Part shown: positions 24,329 to 28,958 of the stretch, piece after piece
How positions within the stretch are numbered: position 1 is the first letter of the stretch
Layout: every line of letters begins with the position of its first letter
Virus record (IMG/VR): IMGVR_UViG_3300043173_000258
Location: 1-28,958 of that record
Length of the DNA stretch: 28,958 nt
Direction: 5' to 3' (one strand)
DNA from: a virus
Taxonomy: Duplodnaviria; Caudoviricetes
Program-made: the position numbers and the translations under genes
The notes under the pieces: model-generated
Told to the model about the DNA's origin: nothing
Databases searched by the model: none
The model's input: the letters and a program-made list of their open reading frames with translations, nothing else

Positions 24329-26635
24329 GTGGGCTCGGTAACTGAACTTGAAGCCAGCTACGCCAAGGAGAACCATGAGGCCAACAGGAGCGCTCAAGTA
24401 GGCCAGAGCCAAGGCGACCGTGTCTACATCGGCCTCGAGTTCATCAAGAACGGTCAAGACGTCCGCCGGGTTGCGTCGATCGTATGGCACGACACAGGCA
24501 TCCCTGCTGGCGTCACTATCACCCAAGCACAGATCCGGCTCTGGCCGGTCAGCGCGACGGGGCCGTTCACCCATCAGACGGGCTGGGAGGTGGCCATCCC
24601 ACGCATTGACGGGGCGTGGAACGAACCCTCTGACACCGTAGTCGCCCGTTCGTACCTGAAGCAGATCGCCATGAAGGCAGGCACGATAGCCGACGACGAT
24701 CTGATCTACTCGCTGCCTGGTGGAGCCATCGACGGCGGCGGCTTCGAGATGTTCGCATGGGGCCGGGACGATCCGTCTGGCTACCGGACAGACGGTACTA
24801 CGGAGCCAACGTACACCCAAATTTTCAAGTGTGATGCCACGACTGGCACGCTGCTAGAGGAGATCAGCCTCATCGCAGTGCAGAGCCAGGGCGCGATGGA
24901 CCCGAGCGTTAAGATCCATTTGGAAGTCTACGACATACTCGGCGACGACATCGTGGCCGATGAAGACGGCGCATTGCTGGCCACTAGCGAGACGTTGCTA
25001 TATGCGGCGTGGTCGGCCAAGACGCGCACTCAGTTCACGGCGTTTTCCTTCCTTGCCGTAGACGGCGGGTCCGGTGCGCCGTCGATGACCCAGAACCAGA
25101 ACTACCGCTTGAAGGTCGTCTTCAGTTTAGACGGTTGGGCGCCACCTTCAGGCAGGACGGGCGGCCTCCACGGGACGTCAGTCGTGCATGGCGAGACGGC
25201 CAACGAGCTACCGAACAACGTGGCCAACCTCACCGCTGGGGTCGAGGTGGTTATAGCGCCCGGTGATCGTCACTTCTGGGCACCGCTTGCCAGCGCGACG
25301 ACTGACGTCCCGCACCTGAACAACTACCTTTCGGACGATCAGAACTCCTCGAACGTGGGCTACGCCTCCGGCATCCATTCGCCGATCGAGACGTTCGGGA
25401 GCACACCTTTCACGATCGGTGACGCTGGCTTCTCGCCTGACTACGAACTGGACATGGCCTCGGTCATTCAAGATTATATCGACGACCCCGCCTATGTGAC
25501 CGACGCTGGCATGTGCATCGTGGTCGGCTTGAAGGACGTCTTCGGCGCGGGTGCTGATATTGATGTTCGGGTCTTTCTCCCCCTGGTCGGCATCGCAGAA
25601 CGACGGCCGCACCTCTGGATCGACTTCACGGTCCCGGCGCCGACGCTCACGTTGATCGACCCAGTGAGCGGACCGACCGCAGGCGGCACACCCGTCACGA
25701 TCACCGGGACGGGCTTCGTCGATTTTATGAGTGTGTTGACATTCGGTGGAACCAGCGCGACCCCGTCCATCGACAGTACCACGACCATCACCGCGACTAC
25801 TCCCGCCCATGCCGCTGGCGCCGAAGACGTCTTCTACGGTCAGGACAGCCCGAGCCAAGACGACACGCTGGTCGATGGTTTCCTCTACATCGACCCGACC
25901 GTTCCGACCCTCAACTCGATCGACCCGATCAGCGGCCCGCCGGCATTCCCCGGAACGATCGTCGATCTGTTCGGGTTCAGCTTCGTCAATGGGGCGAGTG
26001 TGAGCTTCGGCGGGACGGATTCATTCGAGGTCACTTTCATAAGCCAGGCCCATCTCACCGCGCGAACGCCCTTCCACGCCGTCGGGCTCGTGGATGTGAT
26101 TGTTACGAACCCGGCTGAGCATTATTGGGGACCGCAACCCAGTAACACGCTCGTCGATGCCTTTCTCTACATCCTGCCGGCCCCGGTACTCACGTCGATC
26201 GACCCGGTCAGCGGGCCGACAGCGGGCGGGACTCAAGTCGGGATCGACGGGACCGACTTCGTCAACCCGCCGACGGTTACGTTCGACGGCGTTCCAGCGA
26301 CCGGCTTGATCTTCGTGAACCCCACCCGGATCGCCGTGGACTCGCCGGCACACGTGCCTGGGACGGTGGACGTCGTTGTCACGAATCCTGACGCCCAGTT
26401 CGACACGCTCGCCAGCGCGTTCACGTACATCGCGGACGCCCCCGCCGTCGAGTTTGTCGTGGAGGTCGCTGAGGCGATCGCGACGGTCCAGGTGCCGGCG
26501 GCGAGTATCGCGGCCCAGACCACGTCGCCCGGTCTCCCTGTGGAGACCACGACGGCCCATGTGGCGATCGCTACCGAGACGTCTGGCCTGGAGATCGCTG
26601 TGCCAGCAGCGGAGATCGACGTCGAGCTTGACTGA
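24329..26635 (+). CDS. IPT/TIG (Ig-like) x3 protein, probable virion decoration or adhesion protein
   Basis: Three PTL.SIDP.SGP..G(G)T.V.I.G..F…TP.H..G..DV repeats at ~25634-26431. Confidence 0.85.
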   Translation: MGSVTELEASYAKENHEANRSAQVGQSQGDRVYIGLEFIKNGQDVRRVASIVWHDTGIPAGVTITQAQIRLWPVSATGPFTHQTGWEVAIPRIDGAWNEPSDTVVARSYLKQIAMKAGTIADDDLIYSLPGGAIDGGGFEMFAWGRDDPSGYRTDGTTEPTYTQIFKCDATTGTLLEEISLIAVQSQGAMDPSVKIHLEVYDILGDDIVADEDGALLATSETLLYAAWSAKTRTQFTAFSFLAVDGGSGAPSMTQNQNYRLKVVFSLDGWAPPSGRTGGLHGTSVVHGETANELPNNVANLTAGVEVVIAPGDRHFWAPLASATTDVPHLNNYLSDDQNSSNVGYASGIHSPIETFGSTPFTIGDAGFSPDYELDMASVIQDYIDDPAYVTDAGMCIVVGLKDVFGAGADIDVRVFLPLVGIAERRPHLWIDFTVPAPTLTLIDPVSGPTAGGTPVTITGTGFVDFMSVLTFGGTSATPSIDSTTTITATTPAHAAGAEDVFYGQDSPSQDDTLVDGFLYIDPTVPTLNSIDPISGPPAFPGTIVDLFGFSFVNGASVSFGGTDSFEVTFISQAHLTARTPFHAVGLVDVIVTNPAEHYWGPQPSNTLVDAFLYILPAPVLTSIDPVSGPTAGGTQVGIDGTDFVNPPTVTFDGVPATGLIFVNPTRIAVDSPAHVPGTVDVVVTNPDAQFDTLASAFTYIADAPAVEFVVEVAEAIATVQVPAASIAAQTTSPGLPVETTTAHVAIATETSGLEIAVPAAEIDVELD

Positions 26636-26680
26636 GCGATTCGGTATGCTGCCGACTCCGCTCTCAGGGGGAGAGACCAA

Positions 26681-27046
26681 ATGCCTACCTTGAACGTGTG
26701 CCCGTTCGCGTTCGACATCTGCATCACGCGGGGCGACTCGACGCCGATGAGCGTGACGATCACGGACGACGCGGCCACGCCCGCCCCGATCGACATCACG
26801 GGGTTCACGTATCTCCTGACCGTCGATCCGAGCGAGTCGCCAGCCGACGGCACAGGAAACCTCTTCCAGCTCGCCGAGAGCAACACGCCAGGGGTCGACG
26901 GCGTGGTCGTGTTCTCGCCATCGACGACAGATACCGACCAGACGCCATCGGACTACTTCTTCGACATCCAGCAGACGGACGCCGGGGCGAATCTGCGAAC
27001 GGTCGCGAAGGGCAAGTTCACGGTCCTGCAGGACATCACCAAGTAG
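26681..27046 (+). CDS. BppU N-terminal-like structural protein
   Basis: ITRGDS…IDITG…YFFDIQ…TVAKGKFTV..DIT pattern. Confidence 0.65.
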   Translation: MPTLNVCPFAFDICITRGDSTPMSVTITDDAATPAPIDITGFTYLLTVDPSESPADGTGNLFQLAESNTPGVDGVVVFSPSTTDTDQTPSDYFFDIQQTDAGANLRTVAKGKFTVLQDITK

Positions 27047-27055
27047 GGAGACGCC

Positions 27056-27673
27056 ATGCCCACCGTGTCGATCGCCGGCCAGACCATAGAGGTCTACGAG
27101 ACCTTGGCCCTGGCCAATTCGTACTTCGCAAGCGCGTTCCACGGTGCACCGTGGGCTGCGGCCGAGTCGTCTCTTCGGATCCAGGCGCTGGTGACCGCCG
27201 GCTCGGTCTTCGACCGTACCGCGTGGCAAGGCTCGCCGACTGAACCGATCGACAAGACACAGCCGCAGCCCGCGAGCACACAGCCGCTCGCGTGGCCCCG
27301 TCTCGGGCTCGTCGATAAGGACGGGGTCACGGTCCCGTCGGCGACGATCCCGCTCGACGTCCGCAACGGCAACCTGGAGTACGCCCTGGCGCTCGTGAAC
27401 GACGCCACCGTGCAGACGAACGCCTCGACGGTCTCCAACGTCAAGGTCCAGAAGAGCACACAGCGCGTCGAGGGCGCCATCACCGTGGCCACAGAGACTG
27501 GCTTCTTCAAGACCCCGTCGAGCCAGGACACGGAATTCCCGCACATCGTGATGGACTTCGTGGGCTTCTGGCTCTCGTCCGCGGTCGGCCCAACGCTCGC
27601 CTTCATCGGCGGGACGGACGTCGCCTCGTGTGCGAACCAGGATTGGGGAACGGGCAACGGTGGCTGGCCGTGA
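27056..27673 (+). CDS. putative head-tail adaptor (DnaT-like-annotated phage family)
   Basis: Y.TLA.ANSYF…W…ALVTA…Q.LAWPR…IP.DV motif. Confidence 0.7.
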   Translation: MPTVSIAGQTIEVYETLALANSYFASAFHGAPWAAAESSLRIQALVTAGSVFDRTAWQGSPTEPIDKTQPQPASTQPLAWPRLGLVDKDGVTVPSATIPLDVRNGNLEYALALVNDATVQTNASTVSNVKVQKSTQRVEGAITVATETGFFKTPSSQDTEFPHIVMDFVGFWLSSAVGPTLAFIGGTDVASCANQDWGTGNGGWP

Positions 27674-28671
27674 GCCTGGGGATCGTCCCGCAGCTCGTCC
27701 TGATCCCGGACGTCCGCCTGGACGACCTCAGTCGCCTGACGGCGCTCCTGGATCGCGCAGAGCCTCGTGTGCGGCGTCGCTTCATCCAGCTCGTGGACGG
27801 CGCAGTCGGTCTCGACTCGCTCGACAACGTCGCGGGACTCCTGCAGCGTGGGGACGTCGCGGGTGCGCTACGCGCCACAGAGGAGATCGGCCCTGGGCTC
27901 TCGACAGCGCTTGAGGAGGCGTACACGGCGGCGGGACTGTCTGCAGCGACGGTACTTCGCTCCCAGGTGGACACGCTCCTGGACTTCAACACGCTCAACG
28001 CACGGGCACAGGCGTCGCTCCAGTCGAATCGACTCAGGCTGATCTCCGAGTTCGGGCGTGGCCAGCGTGCGGCCACGATGGAGCTGCTGGACGACGCGTT
28101 CAGGCGCGGGCTGGCCCCGATCGAGCAGGCACGTGAGCTCAAGCGATCCATCGGGCTCACACGTCGCCAGGCTCGCAGCGTGACCAACTACCGGCGCCTG
28201 CTCGAGGACGGGTCCTCCGAAGCGCTCACACGCCGGCTTCGTGACCGGCGATTCGACCCGACTGTCAGGGCGTCGATCCGTGGTGATCGAGCGCTCACAC
28301 GCGCCCAGGTCAATCGGATGACGGAGCGCTATCGCGAGCGCATGGTGCAGTTCCGGGCTCGCACGATCGCTCGCACGGAGACGCTCCGGGCCATGCACGA
28401 GGGCGACGAAGAGCTTTGGAATCAGGCAGTTGAGTCCGGGACGATCAACGCAGAGGACATCACGAGCAAGTGGCACACGGCCAGCGACGAGCGTGTGCGC
28501 GGTAGCCACCGGGCGCTGAACGGGGACACCGTGCCGTTCGGACAGCCCTTCACGTCCGGGGCCGGGAACCTGATTCGCTTCCCTGGCGATCCCTTCGCGC
28601 CGCCGAGCGACACAGTCAACTGCAGGTGTGTGGTGGCCCGAGAAGTCAAGCGCGCCAGAGCCGCAGCCTGA
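27670..28671 (+). CDS. minor head morphogenesis protein (Mu gpF / SPP1 gp7-like)
   Basis: RARTIARTET, W.TASDERVRGSH, FPGDP…VNCRC; GTG 27670. Confidence 0.9.
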   Translation: MSLGIVPQLVLIPDVRLDDLSRLTALLDRAEPRVRRRFIQLVDGAVGLDSLDNVAGLLQRGDVAGALRATEEIGPGLSTALEEAYTAAGLSAATVLRSQVDTLLDFNTLNARAQASLQSNRLRLISEFGRGQRAATMELLDDAFRRGLAPIEQARELKRSIGLTRRQARSVTNYRRLLEDGSSEALTRRLRDRRFDPTVRASIRGDRALTRAQVNRMTERYRERMVQFRARTIARTETLRAMHEGDEELWNQAVESGTINAEDITSKWHTASDERVRGSHRALNGDTVPFGQPFTSGAGNLIRFPGDPFAPPSDTVNCRCVVAREVKRARAAA

Positions 28672-28736
28672 CGTAAGGGTTGCGAACTGCGCGGAATGCG
28701 TACACTATCCCAGCGAATGCCATTGGGGGGTGGTCG

Positions 28737-28958
28737 GTGACGGAGAAGCTGTTCCGCGTCACGAGCAAGATCGCGAAGGTCGACGACGACCTTGGGCTGG
28801 TCTTCGGCTGGGGCATCATCTGCACAGAGGGCGGCGAGCCCTACGTGGATCTCCAGGACGAGTACATCCCCGTGGACGAGATGCTCAAGGCCGCGACCGA
28901 CTTCATGCTCCACTCCCGCGCGACTGACGACATGCACGACGAGGTCGCACGTGGCGTC
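28737..28958 (+). CDS. XkdF-like putative prohead serine protease (partial)
   Basis: KVDDDLGLVFGW…YVDLQDEYI…EMLKAATDFM…DMH; runs off the window end. Confidence 0.8.
   Translation, partial: MTEKLFRVTSKIAKVDDDLGLVFGWGIICTEGGEPYVDLQDEYIPVDEMLKAATDFMLHSRATDDMHDEVARGV

Noticed and set aside
19990-28509. Long antisense ORFs (21952-22983, 26021-27544 and others)
   Set aside because: Shadow frames of GC3-rich structural genes with no recognisable motifs.
28680-28706. sigma70 promoter TTGCGA-N15-TACACT
   Set aside because: The spacer is too short and there is no other support.

Overview
High-GC tailed-phage (Caudoviricetes-like) genome segment with no integrase, rRNA, tRNA or CRISPR visible. Left part: two divergent clusters of small early-type genes (minus strand 719-3305, plus strand from 4399). 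They are separated by a ~1.1 kb non-coding region holding a bidirectional ~20-bp-period repeat array (candidate origin or terminus). Many early genes have an (AC)n tract plus an extended RBS upstream, and four promoter-like boxes resemble sigma28/FliA. The plus strand continues through ~40 small, often Cys-rich ORFs (DUF932, Lys-rich histone-like, YkgJ-like, two HTH regulators), a LamG protein with a PEP-CTERM tail, and the head module: terS, terL, portal, an inserted block with an IPT/TIG protein, Mu-F-like head protein and a partial XkdF-like protease. Best findings: a canonical type I hammerhead ribozyme between two early genes (2695-2745, minus), a candidate UGA-recoded selenoprotein with a SECIS-like hairpin (15503-15799), and a phage-borne PEP-CTERM protein. 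All family calls come from motif recognition by eye; no searches were run.
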